Positions 54,669 to 64,000 of a stretch of 64,000 nucleotides of DNA are shown piece after piece. The stretch is from Dehalococcoidia bacterium (GTDB lineage Bacteria > Chloroflexota > Dehalococcoidia > Lucifugimonadales > Australimonadaceae), in NCBI GenBank assembly GCA_965248495.1, contig CBDFJL010000003.1:1608301-1672300 (forward strand), written 5' to 3'. Position 1 is the stretch's first letter. Every line of letters begins with the position of its first letter. The notes under the pieces were generated by a model that ran no database searches, was not told the origin of the DNA, and saw only the letters and a program-made list of their open reading frames with translations. The translations under genes and the position numbers were made by a program.

Positions 54669-56135
54669 CTACGCGCGCTCAGCGCAGGTGTGGAGCCAGA
54701 CGTGCCCCGTCTCGGCAATGAGCGCCTCGGCGGCCGCGGGCCCCCACGAGCCGCGGGGGTAGGCATGCTGTGGCGCGCCGGCTGCTCCCCAGGCCTCCAG
54801 CAGCGGGTCCACGATGGCCCACGCCTCCGCGATCTGGTCGCCTCGGATGAACAACGAGGCATCGCCCGCGAGCGCGTCTTGGAGCAGCCGCTCGTAGGCC
54901 TCGGGGATGCTCTGGTCGGCAAATGACGACCCGTAGTGGAACTCCATGTCCTGCGGCTGCGTGATCGTCCCCGCGTCGGGCACCTTGACCTGGAAGCGCA
55001 AGTGGACGCCCTCGTTCGGTTGCAGGCAGAGGCCGAGCAGGTTCGCCTGCGGTTCTTCGGAGCCATTGCCGAGGTCGAAAAGCGCGTGTGGGGGGCTCCG
55101 GAACTGGACCACCACCTCAGTCACCTTCGTCGCCATGGCCTTGCCCGAGCGTAGGTAGAAGGGCACGCCCTGCCAGCGCCAGGTGTCCAAGTAGAGCCGG
55201 AGCGCGGCGTACGTTGGCGTCTTGGAGTCGGGCGAGACACCGTCAGCGGCAAGGTAGCCGTCGTACTGGCCTGCGACGGCATTTCGTGCCGCCTCCTCAG
55301 GCGACGACCACCGCCGCACGGCTTCCAACACCTTCACCTTCTCATTCCGTAGTGACGTCGCTGTCATGACCGTCGGCGGCTCCATCGCGACCATGGTGAG
55401 GATTTGGAGCAAGTGGTTTTGGACCATGTCCCGCAAGGCCCCGGAGCCGTCGTAGTAGCCGGCACGGGTACCGACGTCGACGTCTTCACCAACGGTGATC
55501 TGGACCTGCTCGATGTAGTTCCGGTTCCAGATCGGCTCGAAAATGGTGTTGGCGAAACGGAAGACGAGGAGGTTCTGCACCGTCTCCTTGCCCAGATAGT
55601 GGTCGATGCGGAACACCTGATCCTCATCGAAGGCTGCGTGGACGACACGGTCAAGCGCATTGGCGGACGCACCGTCGTGCCCGAATGGCTTCTCGATTAC
55701 GACGCGCCGGTACCCGTTGGCCGACTTCGCCATGCCTGCGTTGGCGAGGTTGGCGACCGCCGGCTCGTACAGCCCTGGCGCGATGGACAGATAGTAGAGC
55801 CGATCGGCCTCGGCCTCGCCCTGTTCGATCTCGTCCGTGATGACGCGGTCCAGTTTCACGAGGTCTTCGGGCTTTGTCAGGTCGCCCTGCACGAACCAGA
55901 TCCGCCGGACAAACTCATTCCAGGTGTCCTCCTCGCAGACAAGGTCCGCGTAGCCCTGCATGGAATCCCACACGGATGCGCAGTAGGTGGCCCGGGTCAG
56001 CTGTCCGCGTGCGAAGCCGACGATCTTGACGTCGTCGGGGAGCCGGCCCTTGCACTTCAGTGTGAAGAGCGCGGGCATCAGCTTGTGGCGGGCGAGGTCG
56101 CCCGTCGCCCCGAAGATGACGAGGGTCGTGCTCAC
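54669..56135 (-). CDS. zwf: glucose-6-phosphate dehydrogenase
   Basis: VIFGATGDLARHKL and RIDHYLGKE. GTG 56135 overlaps the gnd stop (GTGA). Confidence 0.95.
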   Translation of the reverse strand: MSTTLVIFGATGDLARHKLMPALFTLKCKGRLPDDVKIVGFARGQLTRATYCASVWDSMQGYADLVCEEDTWNEFVRRIWFVQGDLTKPEDLVKLDRVITDEIEQGEAEADRLYYLSIAPGLYEPAVANLANAGMAKSANGYRRVVIEKPFGHDGASANALDRVVHAAFDEDQVFRIDHYLGKETVQNLLVFRFANTIFEPIWNRNYIEQVQITVGEDVDVGTRAGYYDGSGALRDMVQNHLLQILTMVAMEPPTVMTATSLRNEKVKVLEAVRRWSSPEEAARNAVAGQYDGYLAADGVSPDSKTPTYAALRLYLDTWRWQGVPFYLRSGKAMATKVTEVVVQFRSPPHALFDLGNGSEEPQANLLGLCLQPNEGVHLRFQVKVPDAGTITQPQDMEFHYGSSFADQSIPEAYERLLQDALAGDASLFIRGDQIAEAWAIVDPLLEAWGAAGAPQHAYPRGSWGPAAAEALIAETGHVWLHTCAERA

Positions 56136-57040
56136 GCACGCCTCCGGACGGCGTGGCCGCCGAACTGGTTGCGCATCGCCGCCAGCAGCTTGAACCCGAA
56201 CGGGTTCTCCTGGCGCGAGCGGAAACGGGCCTGGAGCGCGATGGAGATCACCGGCAGAGGCACCGCCAGCTCGATCGATTCCTCGACGGTCCAGCGCCCC
56301 TCTCCCGAGTCCTCCACCCACGGCTCCAGCGATTCGAGGCCCGGGTCCTCCTTGAGCGCGACGGCGGTCAGGTCGAGCAGCCAGGACCGGATCACGCTCC
56401 CGTAGCGCCATATCTCCGCGATCTGCGCGAGGTCGAGATCGAACTGCTCCTTGGCCTGCAACAGCTCGAAGCCCTCGGCGTACGCCTGCATCAACCCGTA
56501 CTCGATGCCGTTGTGAACCATCTTGGTGAAGTGGCCCGCGCCGGACGGACCGACGTGTGCGTACCCCTGCTCCGCGCTTGGCGCCAGGGTCTTGAAGGCG
56601 GGCTCGACGCGTGCGACCGCCTCGTCGGTCCCGCCCACCATCAGGCAGTAACCCTCGGTCAGGCCCCAGATGCCCCCGCTCACCCCCGCGTCGACGAAAT
56701 GGATGCCTTTCGCCTGCGTCTCATGCCCTCGGCGCATGGATTCCTTGTAGTTGGAGTTCCCGCCGTCGATGATGATGTCCCCGTTGTCGAGCACATCGGC
56801 CAGCGCCGCGACGGTTGCCTCGGTCGGGGCGCCCGATGGGACCATGATCCACACCGCGCGCGGCCGCTGGAGCTGGCTTGCGAACTCCTCCAACGAGGCG
56901 ATCGGGATGAGCCCTCGCTCGCCGAAGGAGGCGCGCGCGTCAGGGTCGCGATCGTAGGCGAGCACGCGGTGCCCGCCTTCATGCAGGCGCACGGCCATAT
57001 TGCCGCCCATTCGGCCCAGGCCGACCATTCCAATCTCCAT
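56132..57040 (-). CDS. gnd: 6-phosphogluconate dehydrogenase (decarboxylating), short ~300-aa form
   Basis: MVGLGRMGGNMA, GGNSNY and GAGHFTKMVHNGIEYG. The ATG is at 57040. Confidence 0.9.
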   Translation of the reverse strand: MEIGMVGLGRMGGNMAVRLHEGGHRVLAYDRDPDARASFGERGLIPIASLEEFASQLQRPRAVWIMVPSGAPTEATVAALADVLDNGDIIIDGGNSNYKESMRRGHETQAKGIHFVDAGVSGGIWGLTEGYCLMVGGTDEAVARVEPAFKTLAPSAEQGYAHVGPSGAGHFTKMVHNGIEYGLMQAYAEGFELLQAKEQFDLDLAQIAEIWRYGSVIRSWLLDLTAVALKEDPGLESLEPWVEDSGEGRWTVEESIELAVPLPVISIALQARFRSRQENPFGFKLLAAMRNQFGGHAVRRRA

Positions 57041-57096
57041 GAGTCCCCCTGGAGTCAGCGTCGGCTGCCCCGTTGGTTTATGCGCTCCTGGCTTAC

Positions 57097-59832
57097 TTAA
57101 GCGCCCTTCGCTATTTGGGCAGCGAGGTCGTTCACGGTCTTGGCCGGGTCGTCGCCGACGACCACCCGCGCCACCCGCCGGTCCTGGCTCAACAGTGCCC
57201 GCAGGTCGCCGTCGGCCTGCGCATCCGCCAGCACGCGGAACGAATAGCTGGTGCCGGGGATCGGCAGCGACTCGCCACCGTCGCCCACCAGTTGGATGAA
57301 CACGCCGGTGTTGGGGCCGGCCTTGTGCAGCTGGCCGGTCGAGTGGAGGTAGCGGGGCCCGTATCCGGCTGCTGCTGCGATCCCGAAGCGCTCCACCGTC
57401 GCACGGCGCACGCGCTCGATGGCGGCATCGAGCTCTGGGGTCTGCACCAGGTACGTCTGGAGCGAGAGGTAGTCGCCCGGCTTGACCGTCGCCAGCAGCT
57501 CGCCGACGCTCAGCGCGTCGTCCGGCGGCGGCAGCGCGCCGTCCCGCTCGTAGGCCTGCAAAGCCGCCTGGGCGATGTCCTTGGCGGCCTGGACGTTGGG
57601 CTGGTTGAAGGCGTGGACGCCGAGCAGTGCTCCGACGGTGGCCGTGGCGAACTCCCAGCGGTAGAGTTCGCCGCCGAGGTCGTACCAGTCGTCCAGGTCC
57701 AACCGCACGACCGGTTTTCCGGCGTCCGCCAGCGCCTTCACGTGCCGGTCCGTGGCCGTGTTGTCGTCCTCGGCGAGCCGGATGTAGGCGAAGAGCCGGT
57801 CGTCGTTGTAGGCCGACGGCTGGAGAGGCGGCTCGCCCGCAATGGGGATCACGCCCTTGCCGCTCTTGCCCAGGCTCTCTGCGATGAGCTGCTCGGTCCA
57901 GAAGCCCATCGCCGTGAGGGACGGCGAGGTCACGATCTCGATCTTGTCGATGCCGTCCTGTGCCAGCCCAGCGATGACGGCCCCGAGCCATGCACCGGGA
58001 TTCTCGGACGTCGACGGGGCCTCGCAGCGAGCCCGCATCTCGTCCACCGCGTTCAGGAACTGGCTCACGTCCATTCCCATGGCCGCGGCGGGGACGAGGC
58101 CGAAGAGCGACAGCCCAGAGAACCGGCCGCCGATGTCGGGAGGGTTGAGGAACACCCACCCGAAGCCTTCGTCGCGCCCGAGCGCCTCCAGCTTGGTGCC
58201 GGGGTCGGTGATGGCGACGAAGTTCGCTCCGGCGGCTTCCCGCCCCAGCACCTCGTCCACCTTGGCGCGGAAGTGGCGGTAGAACGAGGTCACCTCGATG
58301 GTTCCGCCGGACTTGGACGATACGAAGAACAGCGTGTGCGCCGGATCGATGGTGTCGGTAACCCGCTGGACCCAGCCCGGCTGCGTGGAGTCGAGCATGA
58401 TGAACTCGGGGCAGCCGTCGGCGGACCCGAAGACGCTGCGGTAGAGCTCTGGCGCGAACGCGCTCCCGCCCATGGCCAACAGCACCGCGTAGCGATAGCC
58501 GCCCGAGCGCACCTCGCCGGCGAAGGACTCGAGCGACCCCAGCTGCTCGCGCATGGTGTCCGCGAGGCGGAGCCATCCAAGGCGGTCCGTTATCTCGGTC
58601 GGGTCCGGGTCCCAAAGCGTGTGGTCGTGTGCCCAGATTCGCTCGGTCACGCCCTCATCGTCGACGCGCTTCAGTCCTTGTTCCACGGCCTGGGCTTGGT
58701 GCTCAAGAGAGGTGACAGGAAGATCGGCCAGCAGTGCGGACTTCTCCTCGATGCTCCCGACCAAGCTGTCGTAGGACTTTGCGAACGCCGCAACGCCGTC
58801 GGCGAGCAGCTTGGCCGTCACCGCCTGCATATCCACCCCGACTTTGGCCAGGGCGGCCAGGTTGGCCTGTGCGTCTGCTGCCTCATCGTCCAGCCGTACC
58901 GTGGCGTCGCCGTGGTCCAGCACGGCCTCGACGGTTGCGTCGGGCATGGTGTTGACGGTGTCCGGGCCGACGAGCTCGTCGAAATAGACGGTGTCGGGGA
59001 GCGAGGGGTCCTTGGTGCTCGTGCTGGCCCACAGAGGCCGCTGGACACGCGCACCGCGAGCGGCGAGCGTCTGGAAGCGCTCGGAGGCAAAGACCTGGCG
59101 GAACCGGGCGTAGGCGAGCTGGGCGTTGGCCACGGCGGCCTTGCCGAGGAGCGAGTTGGCATTCTTTGATCCGGCCGCCTCGAGCTCGCGGAGCTGCGCG
59201 TCGACCGCGGTATCCACGCGGCTGACGAAGAATGAGGCGACGGAAGCCACTCCCGATGAGTCTCCGCCCGCTGCCACGAAGTCTTCGAGCCCACCGAGGT
59301 ATGCGTCCATGACCTGCTCGTGGGAATCGAGCGCGAAGATCAGCGTGACGTTGACGTTGATGCCCTCGGAGATGAGCTGGCGTACCACCGGCACCCCCTC
59401 GGGTGTCGCCGGCACCTTGATCATGATGTTGGGGCGTCCCAGGGCCTTGAACAGGCGTCTCGCCTCGCGTATGGACCCATCCGTATCGTGGGCGAGGTGA
59501 GGCGGCAGCTCATAGGAGGCGTAACCGTCGACGCGGTCCGTGTGGTCGTAGACACCGCGAAGGATGTCAGCGGCGCCCTGAATGTCCTCGATGGTCAGGG
59601 TCTCGAATATCTGCCGGGGCGAATTGCCGGCCGCGATGAGCTCGGCGAGCGCCTCGTCATAATCGGTCGACCCAATAACTGCTCGCTCGAAGATGGTCGG
59701 GTTCGACGTCACGCCGGTTACGCCCTTGCGGACCAGCTCGCCAAGCTCACCTGAGGTCAACAGCCCCCGGCGGATGTTGTCGTACCAGACGGACTGTCCG
59801 AGCGTCTGGGCTCGGAGGATCGCGTTCTCCAT
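57097..59832 (-). CDS. bifunctional transaldolase / glucose-6-phosphate isomerase
   Basis: The N-terminal part reads GQSVWYDNIRRGLL...GVTSNPTIFE (transaldolase). The C-terminal ~550 aa form a PGI/SIS-type domain (LLAMGGSAFAPE, FFVSSKSGGT). The start is ATG 59832. Confidence 0.9.
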   Translation of the reverse strand: MENAILRAQTLGQSVWYDNIRRGLLTSGELGELVRKGVTGVTSNPTIFERAVIGSTDYDEALAELIAAGNSPRQIFETLTIEDIQGAADILRGVYDHTDRVDGYASYELPPHLAHDTDGSIREARRLFKALGRPNIMIKVPATPEGVPVVRQLISEGINVNVTLIFALDSHEQVMDAYLGGLEDFVAAGGDSSGVASVASFFVSRVDTAVDAQLRELEAAGSKNANSLLGKAAVANAQLAYARFRQVFASERFQTLAARGARVQRPLWASTSTKDPSLPDTVYFDELVGPDTVNTMPDATVEAVLDHGDATVRLDDEAADAQANLAALAKVGVDMQAVTAKLLADGVAAFAKSYDSLVGSIEEKSALLADLPVTSLEHQAQAVEQGLKRVDDEGVTERIWAHDHTLWDPDPTEITDRLGWLRLADTMREQLGSLESFAGEVRSGGYRYAVLLAMGGSAFAPELYRSVFGSADGCPEFIMLDSTQPGWVQRVTDTIDPAHTLFFVSSKSGGTIEVTSFYRHFRAKVDEVLGREAAGANFVAITDPGTKLEALGRDEGFGWVFLNPPDIGGRFSGLSLFGLVPAAAMGMDVSQFLNAVDEMRARCEAPSTSENPGAWLGAVIAGLAQDGIDKIEIVTSPSLTAMGFWTEQLIAESLGKSGKGVIPIAGEPPLQPSAYNDDRLFAYIRLAEDDNTATDRHVKALADAGKPVVRLDLDDWYDLGGELYRWEFATATVGALLGVHAFNQPNVQAAKDIAQAALQAYERDGALPPPDDALSVGELLATVKPGDYLSLQTYLVQTPELDAAIERVRRATVERFGIAAAAGYGPRYLHSTGQLHKAGPNTGVFIQLVGDGGESLPIPGTSYSFRVLADAQADGDLRALLSQDRRVARVVVGDDPAKTVNDLAAQIAKGA

Positions 59833-60311
59833 TAGCTTGCTCCCTGCCGCTGCCCGTTCGACTGGTACCGAGACTCGATGTCTCGGACTTTGCCAAGGCG
59901 GCGGATGTGTCGTTCTTCCCCCGAAAAGCGTGCGGAGACAAACGACGTAACGAGCTCGCGGGCAAGCGCCGGGCCGACGATGCGTGCGCCAACGCACAGC
60001 ACATTCATGTCGTCGTGCTCGACGCCCTGCCGGGCCGAGTAGGTATCGTGACACATGGCCGCCCGCACGCCCGAGACCTTGTTGGCGGCTATGCTGGCGC
60101 CAACGCCGCTGCCGCATACCAGAACGCCACGCTCGGCTCTGCCTGCGACGATAGCCTCGGCCACCGCCAGGGCGAAGTCCGGGTAGTCGTCCTGCGGGTC
60201 CAGTGTGTGGGCGCCGATGTCTTCGACGTCGTGTCCAGCTTCGGCCAACCAGGCCACGGCCTCGTTCTTCAACGCGAGGCCAGCATGGTCAGCGCCGATG
60301 GCGATACGCAC
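59832..60311 (-). CDS. rpiB: ribose-5-phosphate isomerase B
   Basis: IAIGADHAG and [20 protein letters not shown] 60311 follows AGGGGG. The stop overlaps the tal-pgi start (TAATG). Confidence 0.9.
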   Translation of the reverse strand: MRIAIGADHAGLALKNEAVAWLAEAGHDVEDIGAHTLDPQDDYPDFALAVAEAIVAGRAERGVLVCGSGVGASIAANKVSGVRAAMCHDTYSARQGVEHDDMNVLCVGARIVGPALARELVTSFVSARFSGEERHIRRLGKVRDIESRYQSNGQRQGAS

Positions 60312-60623
60312 GGCTGCCCCCTGTGTGCCAGGCGCTCCAGCCTCATGATCGGCTGGCGCGCTACGGTCGTACGTTGCTGGATACGATGCATATCGTACGC
60401 TTGTGGTCCGCGCGGCGCGGCGTGTTCCCCCGACGCGTGAACGGCTGACCCCACCTTGGTGACGACGGTGCCAAAATAGCAGCGGCGCTATCGGGTGTAA
60501 ATGCATGCTTGCCCGTACCGTTTGCGGACCCTGTTTGTGCGTCGCCGTCTGCTTCACACGGCCCGGCCGACAGGAGTACGCTCCCCATGGTCATCGCGTC
60601 CGCGCCACGCGAGGGCGCGGCAT

Positions 60624-61970
60624 ATGAGCATGCACGACACGGGACCGCAGAACGGCCAGGGCAATCGCACGCGCAGACGCCTGCGCGTGCTTCTGACGCC
60701 CGGCATCGGCCTCAAGCGCTGGTTCGCGCTCGCGGTTTTGGGAGCGGCCCTGGTGCTGCTGGGCGTTGGGCTGGGCCTTGCGTCGCTGACCGACCTGTCG
60801 CTCGAAGTGACCGATTGGACGATTGAGTTCGGCCGGAAGCTGACGCTGGCGGGTGTGCTTCCGCTGTTTTGGCGGGCGGTCCTTTTCGGAGGGCTCGGCT
60901 TTCTCGTCTTCGCGGTGGGCGCCTTCGAGCTGTACCGGACGCTGCTCTCGGGCGCCACCTACGCGCGCCGGGGCGAAGGGGTGATCGAGAACCTCTCGGT
61001 GCAGAGGGTCCGCCGTCGCGGACCCCGGATCGTGGCCATGGGCGGTGGGACGGGCCTGTCGACGCTGTTGCGTGGCCTCAAGCACCACACGGAGAACCTG
61101 ACGGCGATCGTGACCGTTGCTGACGACGGCGGGAGCTCGGGCCGGCTGCGCGACGAGCTTGGCATCTCGCCACCCGGCGATGCGCGCCAGTGCCTCATCG
61201 CGCTGTCCGACTCGGAGCCCGAGTTGGAGCGCGCGTTGTCCTACCGCTTCGAGACCGGCGGCGAGCTCCACGGGCACAGCATGGGGAACCTGCTGTTGGC
61301 GGCGCTGGCCCACGACGGTGACCTGCATGAGGCGCTGCAGGCCGCTGCCAGACTGCTTGCGCTCAAAGGACAGGTAGTGCCGTCCACGAGGGCAGCGGAC
61401 CTGGTGCTGAAGGCTGAAACCGAGACTGGGGGCGTGCTCACGGGCGAGTCGGCTATTAGCCGTGCCATGGAGCCCATTGCGCACCTGTGGGTGGAGCCCA
61501 GGGACGCGGCGCCCAACAGCGTGGCGATCGATGCCATCGAAGCGGCCGACGCAATCGTCATCGGCCCCGGAAGCCTCTACACGAGCATCCTCCCCAACTT
61601 CCTCATACGGGGAATAGGACGGGCCGTCGACTCGTCGGCTGCACCCAAGATTTTCGTCTGCAACATCGCCACACAGGTGGGCGAGACCGAGGGGTTCAAT
61701 GCAGCGGACCATCTGCGGGTATTCGAGTCTCAGGCGGGCGTGCGCATCACCCACTTTCTAGCCAACGCCAGTCCGCGGCTCATCGCCCCAGAGTACCGCC
61801 AGGACCCGGTCCAACCGGAGGAGCCGTTGGACTTTGGCGGCGAGTTCCTGGCGCGGGACATGATCGATGAGCAACGATCGAGCCGGCATGACCCGGACAA
61901 ATTGGCGCGGGCCCTGCTGCCGATCGTGCGTGCCGGAGCCGCCCGCAGAGGCGTGCGCGCGCTGCGCTAA
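60624..61970 (+). CDS. YvcK/CofD-superfamily gluconeogenesis-factor-like protein with an N-terminal membrane extension
   Basis: IVAMGGGTGLSTLLRGLK and IVTVADDGGSSGRLR. About 125 N-terminal residues contain 3-4 hydrophobic helices. The start is ATG 60624. Confidence 0.85.
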   Translation: MSMHDTGPQNGQGNRTRRRLRVLLTPGIGLKRWFALAVLGAALVLLGVGLGLASLTDLSLEVTDWTIEFGRKLTLAGVLPLFWRAVLFGGLGFLVFAVGAFELYRTLLSGATYARRGEGVIENLSVQRVRRRGPRIVAMGGGTGLSTLLRGLKHHTENLTAIVTVADDGGSSGRLRDELGISPPGDARQCLIALSDSEPELERALSYRFETGGELHGHSMGNLLLAALAHDGDLHEALQAAARLLALKGQVVPSTRAADLVLKAETETGGVLTGESAISRAMEPIAHLWVEPRDAAPNSVAIDAIEAADAIVIGPGSLYTSILPNFLIRGIGRAVDSSAAPKIFVCNIATQVGETEGFNAADHLRVFESQAGVRITHFLANASPRLIAPEYRQDPVQPEEPLDFGGEFLARDMIDEQRSSRHDPDKLARALLPIVRAGAARRGVRALR

Positions 61971-62122
61971 GCCTGTCCTCCACGACCGGCTACTCCCAAT
62001 GGGTTAGGGGTTAGCCCCCAGCCGAACCGGGGAATGACCCTCAGGTACCTCCGTGCGGGCGGTGGTAGCGTGACGGTACCCCGGAAGCTCCGAGAGGCGG
62101 AGCCTCCACTGTGGAGAGAGCC

Positions 62123-62386
62123 ATGGAGCGCGCGTTCATCTACACGGACACCGAGGAGAGCCCGGCAGCCGAACAGCCCCCGACTGAGCGGCAGTTGGCC
62201 AAGGCCTACACCCCGGTTCAGATGCACTTCCTGTCGAGGCTGCAGCGGCTCGGTGACATCCGAGACGAAGCCAGCGACTCGGACGCGCTGACCGTCAAAC
62301 TCGTGGGTCGGGGTATCTACTCGATCTACCGCGAATGCATCGATGCCGGCGTGGGCGACGAAGCCCGCGGCATCCTCGGCATCTAG
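62123..62386 (+). CDS. hypothetical small acidic protein
   Basis: 87 aa from ATG 62123, with GGAGAG 4 nt upstream. GTG 62111 is an alternative start. GC3-rich codons, followed by a strong terminator. I recognised no family. Confidence 0.45.
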   Translation: MERAFIYTDTEESPAAEQPPTERQLAKAYTPVQMHFLSRLQRLGDIRDEASDSDALTVKLVGRGIYSIYRECIDAGVGDEARGILGI

Positions 62387-62408
62387 CCCCGGCCATCTTT
62401 CGGAATCG

Positions 62409-62445
62409 AAAAAGGACGCCGCGCGGCTGCGCGGCGTCCTTTTTG
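62409..62445. terminator. bidirectional intrinsic terminator
   Basis: aggacgccgcgc (62413-62424) / gcgcggcgtcct (62429-62440) with loop ggct. It is flanked by aaaaa and ttttt, between convergent genes. Confidence 0.9.
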
Positions 62446-62456
62446 TTCGCGACGCG

Positions 62457-63722
62457 CTACGGCGCTCGCATGCGAATGCCCAACGCGAGTAGGCCGCTAG
62501 CCGCCGTGAGCGAACCGGCGTAGACGAACACGGCCCGGACGGAGAACTCGTCAGCCACGAGGCCGGCGATCAGCGGTCCAAGTCCGGTGAACAGCGCGAG
62601 CGCCGAGTAGACGAGCGACACGGTCGTTGCTTGGACGCCGTCGCCCGCCATGTCGCAGGCGGCTGCCACCAGCATCGCGGTGGTGGAGAAGAGGAACGCA
62701 CCCGCCACGGCAAGCGCGATGAGGAAGAGAGGCCCCTCGCCGGCGGCGTACATGCCGAACAGGGCCGCTCCCAGCAAAAGCAGCGCGGGCACGATGACGA
62801 CCCGGCGCCCCAGCCGGTCGAGCAGATAGCCCATCACGGGCTGCGCCCCGATGCCCACGCCTTGCGCCAGCGCCACGTACAGGCCCACGGTGAGCGTGGA
62901 CTGGCCTAGGTCCTCCCTGACGTAGACCGGCAGGAACACGAATATGGCGGACTGACCCGCCCCGAAGCCGCCCGCCACGACCAGGACGGCCAGTATCTGA
63001 GGGTTGCGCAGGAGGCCGGCGGACGAGCGCAGGTAGCCCCGCACGCTCGTGGGGACCGACTCCATCTCGTAGTTCCGCGTCATCAGCCAGACGACGAACG
63101 CGGCGATGAGCGCTGGGACGATGGCTACCTGCAGCACCGATTGCCACGACATAGCCAGCAGCAGCGCTCCGGCAATCAGCGGGCCCAGGGTCTCGCCGAT
63201 GCTCGCGCCAGTGCCGTGTAGCGCGATGACGAGGCCACGCCGGTCCGAGAACACCTGAGACAACACCCCGAGAGCCGTCGGGTGCCACGCCGTGAAAAGA
63301 ACCGCCAGGATGCTCGCCCAAATCGTGGCGTCCAGGAGGCCCACTGAGCGGGCCATCGCGAACTGGAAGATGCCGATAAATACGAGAAGCGCCACGAGCA
63401 TGGGCGAGAAGTGGCGGCGATAGCGGTCCGCCAGGAAGCCCGCCGGCGCGTTCGCCAGGCCCCCAGCCACGGAGCGAGCGGTCGCGAGGGTCCCCAGCTC
63501 AGCGTTGCTCAGCCCCAGCGTGGCTTTGAGCTCGGGCAGGAGGACGAATAACCCGGAGGCGAATACGTGCTTGACGCCGTGCCCGCCTGCGAGTGCGAAC
63601 AGCAGTTTGCGGGGCTGTTGCCGCGCGGCCGCTACCTGGCTGGAAGCGATGGAGTGCCCCGACGCGCCGGCGTCGCCGCTGGCCGTGGCCGCGCCGAATT
63701 GGTCGTTAGCAGGAGGCGGCAC
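62457..63722 (-). CDS. MFS transporter
   Basis: 421 aa with about 12 TM segments. FLADRYRRH is the typical loop 2-3 motif. Confidence 0.8.
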   Translation of the reverse strand: MPPPANDQFGAATASGDAGASGHSIASSQVAAARQQPRKLLFALAGGHGVKHVFASGLFVLLPELKATLGLSNAELGTLATARSVAGGLANAPAGFLADRYRRHFSPMLVALLVFIGIFQFAMARSVGLLDATIWASILAVLFTAWHPTALGVLSQVFSDRRGLVIALHGTGASIGETLGPLIAGALLLAMSWQSVLQVAIVPALIAAFVVWLMTRNYEMESVPTSVRGYLRSSAGLLRNPQILAVLVVAGGFGAGQSAIFVFLPVYVREDLGQSTLTVGLYVALAQGVGIGAQPVMGYLLDRLGRRVVIVPALLLLGAALFGMYAAGEGPLFLIALAVAGAFLFSTTAMLVAAACDMAGDGVQATTVSLVYSALALFTGLGPLIAGLVADEFSVRAVFVYAGSLTAASGLLALGIRMRAP

Positions 63723-63786
63723 CTGACCATTCTAGCCGCTGGCGCCCCCTTGGAGGCCAGCTCCCCCAGCATGGTGGCGCGTCTGG

Positions 63787-64000
63787 CTAGCCGCGGTTCG
63801 TGGACCTGCGGCGCCGGCCGGTCCCTTCGTCGACCCAGAAGTAGACGTGGTTTTCGCTCCGACGAATCACGAGTGTCTTGTCCAAGTAACGGGCCGCGGC
63901 CCCCAGCCGGCGGCGCACCGCCGCGAGGCTCTCGCTGGCGCTGTTACCAAGCCTGCCTGCCCGCCCCGGCGTGACCTGCTCGATGTAGCCGACGTATTCG
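63787..64000 (-). CDS. hypothetical protein, 3' part only (start lies beyond the window)
   Basis: The minus-strand frame is open from the window edge to TAG at 63789-63787 (...EYVGYIEQVTPGRAG...ENHVYFWVDEGTGRRRRSTNRG) and has GC3-rich codons. It is absent from the track because there is no in-window start. Confidence 0.4.
   Translation of the reverse strand, partial: EYVGYIEQVTPGRAGRLGNSASESLAAVRRRLGAAARYLDKTLVIRRSENHVYFWVDEGTGRRRRSTNRG

Noticed and set aside
56132-58615. Very long N-terminal extensions in track ORFs (also 4900.., 16709.., 28133.., 30388.., 43380..44924, 47883..49556, 53927..55066, 54669..56411, 57097..60117, 59832..60557, 60501..)
   Set aside because: The recognisable domains start at internal ATG/GTG codons that have Shine-Dalgarno sequences or start/stop overlaps. 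The upstream parts overlap the neighbouring genes and are low-complexity Arg/Pro-rich.

Overview
High-GC bacterial chromosomal segment. Spot counts on single 60-nt lines give about 55-60% GC in the first 8-9 kb and about 65-80% elsewhere. Coding density is about 90%. I found no rRNA, tRNA, CRISPR array, transposase, integrase or phage gene. Several lipoproteins carry Pro/Thr-rich linkers, and a fused transaldolase/PGI and a DUF5679 minigene are present. Together these suggest Chloroflexota (Thermomicrobia-like) or Actinomycetota, but that is a low-confidence guess. Content in order: (1) 1-9.3 kb, an aromatic-type cluster. It has two LigB-superfamily paralogs, each associated with a paralogous small 4-TM membrane protein, plus a Rieske oxygenase, a meta-cleavage-type alpha/beta hydrolase and an ABC importer without an ATPase. 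(2) 9.3-15.5 kb: an EVE-like protein, CinA/PncC, an (ATPase-permease)x2 ABC-2 operon and an MFS transporter. (3) 15.5-17 kb: a DUF3179 lipoprotein interrupted by one in-frame TGA at the position of a conserved Cys, making it a selenocysteine candidate or a pseudogene. (4) 17.2-35.4 kb: a dense catabolic island. It holds two PuuE-like deacetylase-fold proteins, an isochorismatase-type amidase, UbiD-CoxG-LLM, and a nine-gene operon with two complete molybdenum hydroxylases flanking ubiX and a PNPOx-like gene and ending in a frameshifted DHODH-like gene. A class II aldolase, a family III CoA-transferase and a second hydrolase paralog complete it. (5) 35.6-49.6 kb: a 956-aa PKD/Ig-like/PD40/trypsin lipoprotein, an MFS transporter, 3-oxoacid CoA-transferase A/B, a BNR lipoprotein, an enolase-superfamily enzyme, an ECF sigma/anti-sigma pair, a VOC protein, a FAD oxidase and a dCTP deaminase-like protein. 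(6) 49.8-64 kb, housekeeping: the DUF5679 minigene, lgt, an epimerase, glmS, a pentose-phosphate operon (rpiB, tal-pgi, gnd, zwf, pgl), a yvcK-like gene and an MFS transporter. Most long antisense or N-terminally extended ORFs in the six-frame track are high-GC artefacts. All family calls rest on motif recognition by eye, with no database search.
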